Shown: positions 38,989 through 49,200 of the stretch, one piece after another
How the letters are laid out: each line of letters begins with the position of its first letter
Position numbering within the stretch: position 1 is the stretch's first letter
NCBI RefSeq assembly: GCF_000142905.1
Contig: NW_013657670.1
Location: forward strand, 397,498-461,497
Length of the DNA: 64,000 nt
Direction: 5' to 3'
DNA from: Thecamonas trahens ATCC 50062
Lineage: Eukaryota; Protista; Apusomonadida
Notes under the pieces: model-generated
What the model saw: only the letters and a program-made list of their open reading frames with translations
Databases searched by the model: none
What the model was told of the DNA's origin: nothing
Made by a program: the position numbers and the translations under genes

Positions 38989-41232
38989 ATGGGTGTGAAG
39001 AAGAGCAGTATGAAGGGGAGGGGGACGAGGAAGGGGGAGGGCAAGGGGAAGAGGAAGGGGAAGGGGAAGAGGGAGAGGAAGGGCAAGGGCAAGGGGTACA
39101 GCAAAGGGAACAAGGCCAGGTCATCGACGGCATCGACATCGGCGTCTGCATCAGCATCGGCGTCAGCATCAACATCGGCGTCTGCCTCGGTCCCGGACTC
39201 GGTCTCGGACTCGGTCTCAGACTCGGTCTCGTCGCCCGGGAGTCGCTACACAGCAGATGGTCTGGGTTCGGTGTCGGTGTCGGTGACGTCGGGCTTTGAC
39301 ACGCCGCCCACGTTGGTGGTCGGCCCGGTCATCGGCCTCGTCACCGCTACGTCGGCGCGAGTGCTGGTCGAGACTGATGCGGCGGCAGAGCTGGAGGTAG
39401 TCGCCACTCCGCACGCAGCCATTGACCGCAGTGCACGGAGCTTGGCTGCTCTGGAAGAGCCAGGCGAGGAGGTCTCGGCGCGGGTCGCCTGCTCGGGCCG
39501 CGCGCCGGTGGCAGTGACACTGCTCGAGCTCGAGCCGTCGACAATGTACAAGGTTCGGGTGGTTGTAGTGTCGGGCAATGGCGAGCTGGCGAACCCCGGC
39601 GCGGGACGCGGGTGGATCGCCACCTTTCCGCCCGACGACGAGGTCGACGCGGCGACAATCTCGGTCCTGGCGTTTTCGTGCGACAAGTTGACGATTGCCG
39701 ACCACGACGCCATGTGGGAGCGGGTCGATGAGGCCTTTGACACCTCGCCGCTCTTTGCCGACATTATGATCCACCTCGGCGACCAGGTCTACGCCGACTC
39801 GGCGTTCAAGGCCGTGGCGGAGGAGGCGCACGAGCTGGTGGCGCGGATGAAGGACAAGCGGTCCGAGGGTGCGTGGTGGCGGCTGGAGGGCGCCGACAAG
39901 CTCGCCGAGCACTACCGCGACATATACCGGCGGACGTGGGGCAACGCAGTGACCCGGCGAGTCCTCGCCCGCTCCTCGCACATCATGGTGTGGGATGACC
40001 ACGAGCTGGTCAACGACTGGTCGACCTTCTCCTCCCACCGGGATCCATCTTCGTTCGACTTTTGGGTCGGCTCTATCGCCCGCAAAGTCTTCTACGAGTA
40101 CCAGCGCACGCTCTGGGATGCCCAGCTCGAGCACTTTGACGACCTGCGCTTCCCCGACGTGCACGCCGATGCATTTGCCCTCCGCTGGGGCACCCTCGGC
40201 ATTGTCGTCCTCGACGTCCGCGGCGCGCGGTCATTCCACGCCCGCTCCAACGAGGACACCCGCGACAACCACGCCGCCATGCTCGGCGTGACCCAGTGGA
40301 ACATGCTCGACGCTCTTCTCTCGGATGGCGAGTACGTGCCGTCGAAGCGCTCGCCCGAGGGCAAGGCGCTGGCTAGACTCCCGGTCTCACACTTTGGCAA
40401 CGTTCGCTCGCTCATTGTTGTCTCCTCTATTCCGCTCGTCTACGCTGACAAGTGCATGTCGTGCTGCGTCTCGACGACCATGCCGTGGATCCGCGACAAG
40501 ATGGGCTTTGCCCGCTTCCGCGATGAGCAGGCCGCCCTCGTCCGCCTCCTCCACGCCTGGCGCTACGACGAGGATGAACTCGAGCGCGATGTCATCGTCG
40601 TCTGCGGTGACATGCACGCCACTTGTCAGGGCGAAATCACCCACGACGACAAGCTCGTTGCTCGCCAGGTCGTCGCCTCACCCATTGCCAACAACCCGCC
40701 TACGGGCCTCAAGCTCCGCTGGAGCAAGTTTCTCTCGGCTGCCTCGGTCGTCCTCGAAGGCGGTGACTACCGCTACACCCGCACTGTTCCCTGGACAAAC
40801 CGCCGCAACGTCATTCGCCTCCGTCTCAACTCGCCCACCGCAGCCAGCCACTCGGCCCGCCAGGCCATCAAGTCCAAGCGAGCCATCGCCAACGAGGCCA
40901 AGCGACTCTCGGTGAGCTCAGACGATTCTGATCGCGGCAGAGGCAAGAGGAAGGGCAAGAGGACGATTGGAAAGAGCAAGGGGAAGGGGAAGAAGAGCAA
41001 GAAGAAGAACAAGCGGGGAAAGCGCTCAGACCCGAACTCGGATTCGGACGCGGAAAACTCGCACCGTGGTTCGCCTGTATTCTCCATCGACACCTACTTT
41101 GTGGACACGCCGCTGCCGGATCCGATCTCACTCGATTCAGATATCGAAATGGTGGCTTCCGGCTGGCGCGATTCGACAGCTGTCTCCAGCTACGGCTACA
41201 GCTCGTATGCGAGCGAGTCGGCATTGTCGTAA
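38989..41232 (+). CDS. PhoD-like metallophosphoesterase with Lys-rich termini
   Basis: VVGPVIG.VT..SARV (N-terminal domain), HLGDQVYAD, WDDHE, VLDVRGARS and CGDMH. Start MGVKKSS at 38989. Confidence 0.85.
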   Translation: MGVKKSSMKGRGTRKGEGKGKRKGKGKRERKGKGKGYSKGNKARSSTASTSASASASASASTSASASVPDSVSDSVSDSVSSPGSRYTADGLGSVSVSVTSGFDTPPTLVVGPVIGLVTATSARVLVETDAAAELEVVATPHAAIDRSARSLAALEEPGEEVSARVACSGRAPVAVTLLELEPSTMYKVRVVVVSGNGELANPGAGRGWIATFPPDDEVDAATISVLAFSCDKLTIADHDAMWERVDEAFDTSPLFADIMIHLGDQVYADSAFKAVAEEAHELVARMKDKRSEGAWWRLEGADKLAEHYRDIYRRTWGNAVTRRVLARSSHIMVWDDHELVNDWSTFSSHRDPSSFDFWVGSIARKVFYEYQRTLWDAQLEHFDDLRFPDVHADAFALRWGTLGIVVLDVRGARSFHARSNEDTRDNHAAMLGVTQWNMLDALLSDGEYVPSKRSPEGKALARLPVSHFGNVRSLIVVSSIPLVYADKCMSCCVSTTMPWIRDKMGFARFRDEQAALVRLLHAWRYDEDELERDVIVVCGDMHATCQGEITHDDKLVARQVVASPIANNPPTGLKLRWSKFLSAASVVLEGGDYRYTRTVPWTNRRNVIRLRLNSPTAASHSARQAIKSKRAIANEAKRLSVSSDDSDRGRGKRKGKRTIGKSKGKGKKSKKKNKRGKRSDPNSDSDAENSHRGSPVFSIDTYFVDTPLPDPISLDSDIEMVASGWRDSTAVSSYGYSSYASESALS

Positions 41233-41255
41233 AACATTGCAGGCCATGGCGTGCG

Positions 41256-43449
41256 TCACAACGAGCTCGACCACGAGTTAGACCACGAAGATTCTTCGGG
41301 TTTGGACTTGGGTGGCGACGCAGCTGTATGCCCTCGGCGGCGACGCTTGCGACGCGGATGAGGTGGGCCGGAGCGAGCGGGCGGCGGCGACGGATTCTTC
41401 AGGCGAAGCGGGCGCGGCGGCGGCAGGCTCGACGGCCCGGCGTGGCCATCTCCTGACGACGACGAGAAGAGCGTCGACGAGGCCGAGTCGGCGAACGAGT
41501 CGAGACCCGATGAATGGCTACCTTCCGAGAGCTGGCCATCGTGGGTGACCGACGCCGACCGCAGGTGGCCCGGCGGGTAGAGCGTGCTCACGACCACTTC
41601 CTCGCATTCCGACGAGGCGTACGAGTACGGCGGAGTTGACGATGGAAGGCCTGAGGGCCCAGCGTCGCGGGCGCGCGAGGACGAGGCACGAGCATGCAGC
41701 GAGGCGCGCGACGAGCGGCGGCGGCGGTGGCGGCGGCGGACCCGGGTGGTGCGGATGATGTTGCCCGACTCGTCGAGGCGCTCCGAGACTGAGACGACAC
41801 GACCGCCGGCAAGGACTGCGGCATGATCCGGGTGGACCGGGACCGAGGCCGGCGCCTCGGGTGCGAGGACTACTTCGGAAGGCGGGTTCGGATCGGAGAG
41901 GACCGAGTCGGTGACAAACGAGTAGAAGCGGGTGGCGTAGAGATTGGGCGGGACGGCCGAAATGGAAGTCCTGTCGAAGCGGAACGACTTGTACTTGTGC
42001 TCGAGCGTCTTCTTCACGTTGTACTTTTGCAGAAAGTCGATGATGCCCAGAAAGTAGAGCTCTGAGAGCGGTGCGTCACTGGCATCGGTCGACTGCAGAC
42101 CGCCCAGCTCTGCGGTGAAGACCGAGGAAAAGACCGATCCCGGGACGCCAGAGGCGACCGACGGCTGGTGGGTGAGCGAGGGCAGGTCCGAAGTCGAGAG
42201 CGGCGAAACGAGGACGGGGCGCTTGTAGAGGGCGGTTTTGGCGGCGCGGCGCGCCTTGCGCTTGAGACCAGCGCGGCGGATGGCGTCGCGATCGGCGAGC
42301 GCGGGGGCTGTTGGCGTCACACGCTTCAGCAGCGTCGCGCGGAGCCGGGCCGAGTTGGAAATGTTGAGGTCGTGGACGCCGAGAAGGAGCGAGTAGTCCA
42401 TGACGTTGATCGAGGCGAGGAACTCGACGTCACGACGAACCTGAGCCTTGAACAGGTTGGCCTTGGCCGGGCCGAGCCGGATCTTCTTGCCCAGCGCCAC
42501 AAAGTCAAGGTCCTTCAGCACCGCCGACGCCCGCTCGGACGGCGGCAGCGCCATGACCGCGGGCCCGACAGACCGCCCATGGGTCGAGCCCTTGAGATCA
42601 TAGCGGGCGTGGACGTCGAGCCATGACGGAAAGACGTTGGTCATGATGACAAAGTATACCTTGGGCCCCTTGCGCGGTTGCAGCCGATGCAGGCCGCAGA
42701 ACTTGGAGAGAAGCGTGTTGGGGTTGGAGTACATGTAGTGATAGTACCGGTAGAGGATGGAGCGCAGAAACTTGGCCTCGGCGTGAGTGATGGTCTTGAT
42801 GACAAACCGCAGGTCGTTAGAAAAGTAGAAGCTTGCGCCCGACTTGCCCGGCGAGGCCATAGTCGTCAGCGCGTTCTCGCGAGTCAGCGAGAGCAGGTAC
42901 TCGTCCTCGTTGAGAAAGATCGAGCGGATGGCCTTGAACGTCCGCGGCGCATAGTCCTGGAACTTAAAGTCGGAGTGCTTGTGCGCGGGCGTCTTGGGCG
43001 TGCCGTCCGAGAGGAACTTCCACCGCAGAACCTCTGTCGAGTCGGCTGGAGTAAGGATGGTGTCGGCCTCTAGCTCGCGGGTCTGCGAGACCACCGTCCG
43101 AATGCCCAGAATCATGATCACTAGCTCATGACTCGGATCGCCTTCTTCCACCCGCCATCCCGATCTCCGTCTGCTCTCTGACGCGCCTGCATCGTCCACT
43201 CCTGCCGCACCATCGTCCACTCCTGCCGCATCATCGCCCACTCCTGCCGCATCATCGCCCACTCCTGCCACACCATCGCCCAGCTCCAGCTCGTCCACTT
43301 CGCCTATGCCATCCCCGCCTCCTCTGCCGTGCCGTGCTCGGCTGCGTCGTCTGGTCCGCCTGCTCTGCCGTGCCGTGCTCGGCTGCGTCGTCTGGTCCGC
43401 CTGCTCGTCCCTCTCGGCCTGTCGGTTCACCCCGACGATCTTCCGCCAT
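41256..43449 (-). CDS. Phosphatidylinositol-4-phosphate 5-kinase (Mss4/PIP5K1-like); 5' end out of frame as assembled
   Basis: FKFQDYAP, SPGKSGASFYFS..RFVIKT, YDLKGS, LKDLDF, MDYSLLLG, LGIIDFLQ.Y, ISAVPP..YA.RF. The best ATG (43449) is not in the main frame. Confidence 0.9.
43322..43406. repeat. Perfect tandem duplication, 2 x 41 bp, in the PIP5K 5' region
   Basis: ctctgccgtgccgtgctcggctgcgtcgtctggtccgcctg occurs at 43322 and 43363. Confidence 0.92.
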
Positions 43450-43451
43450 GG

Positions 43452-43540
43452 GAGAGGGGCAGGGGAGGGGAGGGGGGAGGGGGAGAGCGAGGTGAGAGGG
43501 GCAGGGGAGGGGAGGGGGGAGGGGGAGAGCGAGGTGAGAG
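43452..43540. repeat. Purine-rich tandem duplication, 2 x 42 bp, directly upstream of the PIP5K ATG
   Basis: gagaggggcaggggaggggaggggggagggggagagcgaggt occurs twice. Confidence 0.9.
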
Positions 43541-43947
43541 AGGATAGGCGCGGGGTGCGGGCGGTGAGGAACGGTCATGGGTCTCCGTTGAGCACCTTGG
43601 CTGACTTGAGGTGTTCCTGCTAACGTATCACTGACGAAAAAATGGCGTGGTGGGGCAGAGCGTAGAAGAGGGGGAGTGAAGGGGGGGATATCGCAACTGG
43701 ATGTGGGAAGATGTGATACGTGGATGACGATGTACATCTGGGGAGTTGCACGGGTTTGTGGCTGTGTTGTTTCTGGGGAATGCTGGCCCGTCATGGTCAT
43801 TGCAGCGTGTTTTCATCACACTGTGCTTGAGACGTGGGATCATCAAAAACGGTTGCCCGACTCTCGCGCACACCCTCGCAGACGTGGAGCCTCCACTTGG
43901 TTCTCTACAAAACATGAAGCAAAGACGATCGCTACGACACGAGAGGT

Positions 43948-45753
43948 TTATCGTGCCCCACTCGACTTTCGCGAGATAGAGGCGAGGCGGCGCGGAGAGG
44001 CAGTCTTGCTCTCGCGGCGGCTAGAGATGCTTGTGCGCCGCGGGTTGGACATGACGCGGCGGGACGGCGGGGATTTCGCCATTGAGTCCGGGTCCTCGAC
44101 GATGGCGGGGTGGGAGGCAGTCATGCCCGGCTCACGCGATCGCGTGTTTGAATAAGAGTTGGAGAGCGACGATGCATTCGATGCCGACGATGATGACGGC
44201 GATGACGGCATCGGCGACGAGCCCGACCGCGAGGATTGCCCTCCAGAGTCAAGAAGTGCGACCGAGGCGCGCGCTTCGGGTTTGGATGGCCTGGCGGACT
44301 CGAGCAAGCGGTCGGAAAAGGCGGCGGCAGCCGACTCGGTTCCCGGGATTATGCCGACGCGCGCAAGTGCCATCCGGCGCTTCTTGCGGACGACAACGAG
44401 GACGATAAAGACGACGGCCAAAAGGAAGAAAAGGAGAGCCACAGACGAAACAAGCATGGTGCTATGCTTCGAGAAGACAGGGGCAGGCGACTGTGCCGCG
44501 CCGGCAGTAGAGAGCGCACCATCTGGCGAGGTGGTGGCGTCGGACGTCGGCGGCGGCGGCGGCGGCGACGACGGTGGTGGCGGCGGCGATGGCGGCGGCG
44601 ATGGCGGCGGCGGCGGCGGTGGCGGCGGCTGCAGTGTGAGAACATGCAGGTATCCGTCAAAAGACGTCGCTTCCCGAGTCGCGACAGCAATTCGCGAGTC
44701 CGGCAGGACCGCCAGGTGCGGCTCGAGGCCGGTGTTGGTCGCCATGCCGGTGGGAGTGAAGGTGGCGCAGTTGGTGACGTCCACGTTGCAGGCGAGGATC
44801 GAAGTCCGCCCATCGACGGACGACTCGGCAGCGACAAGGAGGCGCGGAGGCGAGGCGTTGGCATCGATGGCAATGGCACCCCATACGCCAAAGCCGGATA
44901 CACCCGACTCGGCCGTCATGTCGGTCTCAATGCATCCGGTGCCTGAGGTATCGCACCGGAGGATGTAGTAGTGCTCGTCCGTGCCGGTAAAGCCGAGGAG
45001 AATGTTGGGGTTGGTAGGATCAATCACCAGGCTCAGCCGTTTGTCCATACTGGCCGCCGTTGTCGAGAGCGACGCCGAGCTGCACGCCTCACCGTCCGGA
45101 TTGCAGATATGCAGCAGCGGCACCGTCGATGCCACACTTGCCACGTACGCCTTTGTATTGTCGGCGTTGAGTGCAATCGTGACCATCGACGACTGTGAGC
45201 TCGCCTCGAGCTGGCTCGACTGGGTCCATCCGGACAGGCTCTCATCGGCGGTGAGGATGTACGGCCTGTTACCGGCAAGAGCCACAAACGTCACCTTACC
45301 TGTCGCCGAGTTGTAGGTAGTGAAGCTCTGTGCGTACGAGTCATCAAATTGCCCAGGCTTTCTCGAAAAGGTGAGCCCTGCGCCATCGTGCCCAGTTGTG
45401 TACCACGAGTCGAGGTAGTCGTACAAGCCTTTGGCTCCGACAGCCAGACGGCCATCGGCAAAGACGGCCAACGATGGCACGACGGCTTCCGAGAAAGCAG
45501 CGACAACGTTGGTGCAGGCATCGGCCGCAGAAGCACAAAACCAAAGATTGATCTCACCCGAGTTTGTCGTCGAGGCCACAATCAGTTCCGATGATCCAGG
45601 CGCAGTGCTCACAGCCACAAACGGAGTTTTGCCTGCGCTCCCGCTGGTCGACGCGAGGTCGGCCAGGCGAGCCGTAGTCGACGTCATCTGCAAGCCACAT
45701 GCAGGACAGGAGACAACAAAGAGGACCACTACTACAGCATATAATACACGCAT
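43948..45753 (-). CDS. Single-pass type I membrane protein with Cys-pair propeller-like repeats and polyproline stalk
   Basis: Signal peptide MRVLYAVVVVLFVVSCPACG. Repeats WFCASAADAC, HICNPDGEAC, LRCDTSGTGC and LACNVDVTNC. Poly-Pro stalk, TM VALLFFLLAVVFIVLVVV followed by RKKRR, and Ser/Arg-rich tail. Confidence 0.82.
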   Translation of the reverse strand: MRVLYAVVVVLFVVSCPACGLQMTSTTARLADLASTSGSAGKTPFVAVSTAPGSSELIVASTTNSGEINLWFCASAADACTNVVAAFSEAVVPSLAVFADGRLAVGAKGLYDYLDSWYTTGHDGAGLTFSRKPGQFDDSYAQSFTTYNSATGKVTFVALAGNRPYILTADESLSGWTQSSQLEASSQSSMVTIALNADNTKAYVASVASTVPLLHICNPDGEACSSASLSTTAASMDKRLSLVIDPTNPNILLGFTGTDEHYYILRCDTSGTGCIETDMTAESGVSGFGVWGAIAIDANASPPRLLVAAESSVDGRTSILACNVDVTNCATFTPTGMATNTGLEPHLAVLPDSRIAVATREATSFDGYLHVLTLQPPPPPPPPPSPPPSPPPPPSSPPPPPPTSDATTSPDGALSTAGAAQSPAPVFSKHSTMLVSSVALLFFLLAVVFIVLVVVRKKRRMALARVGIIPGTESAAAAFSDRLLESARPSKPEARASVALLDSGGQSSRSGSSPMPSSPSSSSASNASSLSNSYSNTRSREPGMTASHPAIVEDPDSMAKSPPSRRVMSNPRRTSISSRRESKTASPRRLASISRKSSGAR

Positions 45754-46256
45754 ACCACCAATAGTCCGAGTAAAGTGTCTCCCAAACGTGCTGTCTTTGT
45801 CGGCCCCCCGACCCGGCCTGCTCGCAGTCCCCCTCATGTGGCTGTTTTTGGGGATGGCGCCTCAACTCGCACAAATTTGCCTAAGTTGAAGTCAATGGTT
45901 GAACCACATTGGAAGGGGGGAAAGGCGGTGCATGCATGGCATGGTGCGAGGGTGTACTGGTCCGTTGTGATCATTTGAGGGGGTTTACACAACATACAGC
46001 TACGATGTGGCATGTGCATGCTTGCTATGTTGTTTGTACTCTCATGTGTGACATTTAGTGTCTGTGGTGGGCTGTGGGAATGTTGTGTACATGCGCGCCG
46101 GTGTTTGCTTTGCCGCTTGTGCGCAGCGACTCCTGCCGGACTGGCGCACCAGCGTCCTGCACCACTCCCGCGCCCACGGCCAAAGCCACGCCCACCTCTC
46201 AACCCCATACCGCACTTGAGGAAGCCTGGGTAGAGAAACGTATCAACTCGTGGACT

Positions 46257-49200
46257 ATGTGGTCTACCACGATGATGCGGTTGGCAGTGGTGGCTGTGGC
46301 GGCTGTGGCTGTGGTGATGGTGGCTCTGGCGCCAGTGGCGGTGGCCGTGTGTAACAAGCCCAATTACAAGCCGGTCACGCCCGTGAATGCCGGGACCGCC
46401 AGCGCAGCGGTGATTGTGGGCGCCATGGCAGCGCTCAATGGCGATGCCGAGCTGGATGTGGTGGTGGCAGGCGGCGGAGTCGGAGGTCCGTACGCGGTCG
46501 AGGCCATGTTTGCGGCTGCCGATCTGACGCTGACCAGCGGAGGGACCATCGGCTCGGTCGCCAATCTTTCGCTGGCGTTGGTGGCGGCGGACTTGCTAGC
46601 GTCGTCATCGGCGGATGATGTTGTGGTGGTGACCGACGCGGGGCATGCGGTAGTGCTGGAGAATAGCGATGGGACCGGCGGCGCCTTTGTGCAGCACGCT
46701 AGTCATGCGGCCGCAGAGGAAGGCCAGACGGATCTGGTGGGCGTGGCCAGCGGCGATTTCGTGGGTAACGGTCGCGAGCAGTTGCTGGTGTGCTTCTCGG
46801 GGGGATTGTCATCAACTATGACGGTGCTAGTTCCCGACTCTGCGGCAGCATCTCGGCTTGTCGGCCACGTGGTCGACCCGACTGGCAACCTTGTGCAGGC
46901 ATGTGGCGCTGGCGATGTCAATGGCGATGGTATGACGGACGTAGTGGTCCTGTTGCCATCCCGCGACATCCGGGTCTGGCCGTCTATTGGCGGCGGGGAG
47001 TTTGAGGCAAGCATTTTTCAAGCCGCGGCTCCCTCCTTTGGCGGCTCTGTACAGGTGACTGTGTGCGACTTTGAAGGCGACGGCTTTGCTGACGTCCTGA
47101 TCAGCAAGTACAACCAAGCTTCTATATTTAGCAACATTGGCGGCCGCTTGGCAGACACGCGAGTGTCGTCCGTCCACGGCTTGCTCTCGAGTCTATCCGA
47201 GGTGGCTGTTGGCGACATCAACGCAGACGGATCGCTGGACGTGCTGATGGTGACGACAAGCGAAGTGTATGTGGCGCCCAACTCGGGTCTGGGCTCGTTT
47301 GGCCAGGGCGAGCACCTGGTCATGAGCGTGGCGTCCGGCTTGCTGCTACGTGCCCGGATTGGACGCGATGCGACGAGGGTATATCTTGCGTCGGGCGCCG
47401 CCATCAAGGCCGTACCGATCGGGCAGGTCTCAGCCGGCATCGCGCCGTGGGGAGAGCGAATTAGCCTCAGTGATCTGCCGTCGACGTCTGGATCGGCGGC
47501 ACCGATGACTGTGGAGGTGGCCGATGTGAACAGGGATGGTATCAACGACGCCGTGACGGGCAACGCTGCTGGTGTGCAGGTTTATCTTGGGCGTGGAAGT
47601 GCCAGCTTTGTGTTGAGCCAAGTGGTACGGTCCAGCTTTCCCGTTGCTCTGCAGGTCGTTGATGTGACTGGGGATGGGTACGCGGACATCCTTGTCAGGG
47701 TCACATCACTGGTTGAGCTGTATATCAACGATGGCCAAGGTCGGTTCCCATCTTCGTTCCGCTCGCTTCCCTGCCCAAACGTCCAAGCCATGTTCAGCTT
47801 TGACGTGGACGGCAACGGGATTAGCGACGTTGTGTGTGTTGCAACGCAGCAGGTTACTTGGTTGGAATCTCGTCCAGGCTTTGGCCCAGTCACGACGCCT
47901 TCTGCGCTGCTCACGTTCCCATCCACCATGGGTGCTCAGGGTATGCGGGCTCGCGACTTGAACGGCGACGGCTGGGCAGATATTGTTGGAAGGAGCGCGG
48001 GGTCGCTTGTTGTTGCGCTGGCGACTGGGCCGGGCGAGTTTGGGGCACCGACAACGCTGTCTTCCACGTCTGCATGTGCCCAAGCGATGGAGGTGCTGCA
48101 CATCAACCAACTTGTGGACAACCATTTAGACATGATTTGTGTCAGCTCCAGTGCCACTGATCTGGTGTACTTTCTGGGTGATGGAGCTGGAGGCATGGTG
48201 TACGGCGGGAATATCGGGACGGCAACGCTGAGCAAGTTCACCATTCAATGGTCGCTGGCTGCGGACATGGATGGAGACGGGCTGGCTGATTTTGCAGTTT
48301 TGGATAGGGATGTTGGGGCGACGGCATGCAAGCTCTGGCGGGTTCTGTTTGATGGTCTTGGTGGTTTCACCATCGACATGTTAAGTCATACTTACATCCA
48401 CGGCGCTTTCGCCGGCGACGTCACCAACGACGGCATCAGTGATATGATGCTTGTTCTGGGGCCCACTCCTGCCAACGGCGGGACGAGTGCCACTTACAGC
48501 GGCTCGTGGTATGTGCTTGCTGGCCAGGCAGCAGTCAAGATGACCAACCCACGACTGGTTACCGTCCCTGTCTCGACAAACCCCATTTCAATCGCGCCGA
48601 CGCTGGGCGGTTTGACGGCGGGGCCGACTTGTTGGGCGGCTGTGGTCGAGATTTCGGCTGTGGTGCATGGGTGCACTCGGATTGGCGGGCAGTACGTCGA
48701 GAAGGAGCAAGAGCTGATCATCCGCCCGGCGGGCGGAGGTAGCACAGCCACCATCGACTGTGGCGGCGGCGGCGGCGGCGCGCTGCTGGAGAACTACGGA
48801 CGGACGTTGCTGAGCAAGATGAGCGTGTTTGGGACGACGGTCGGCACTCGGGAACGAGTGCAGCCGGCGTGGTGACAGCCGGCGAGAGTCGGCTCATGCT
48901 GCGCGATGTGGTTGTCGCCAACTGCTCTTCGATGACCTCAAGCGGGGTCCAGAGTCTCTCGGGGCTCGGCGGCGCGATCTCAGTCCGCGACGCAGCGATT
49001 CTACAGACGCTTGACACTCGCTTGGAGGGCAACACGGCGCGCGTCGCGGGTGGCGCGGTGGCGGTGACTGGCAACACCGCCGAGGCGTGGCTCATCCGGA
49101 CGACGCTGACTCGCAATGTGGCGTCAGGCTCGTTTGAGATCCAGGGCGGTGGCGGCGCCATCGCGCTTCTCGGCATGTCGGGGCAGATGACGCTGTCCGA

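Noticed and set aside
43575-43915. Possible mini-gene upstream of PIP5K (EHLKSAKVLNGDP after TTAGCAG)
   Set aside because: Too short, with no supportable upstream exon or homology.
46257-48875. Integrin alpha
   Set aside because: No thigh/calf domains, single TM or GFFKR motif. The gene continues into a beta-helix and multi-pass region.
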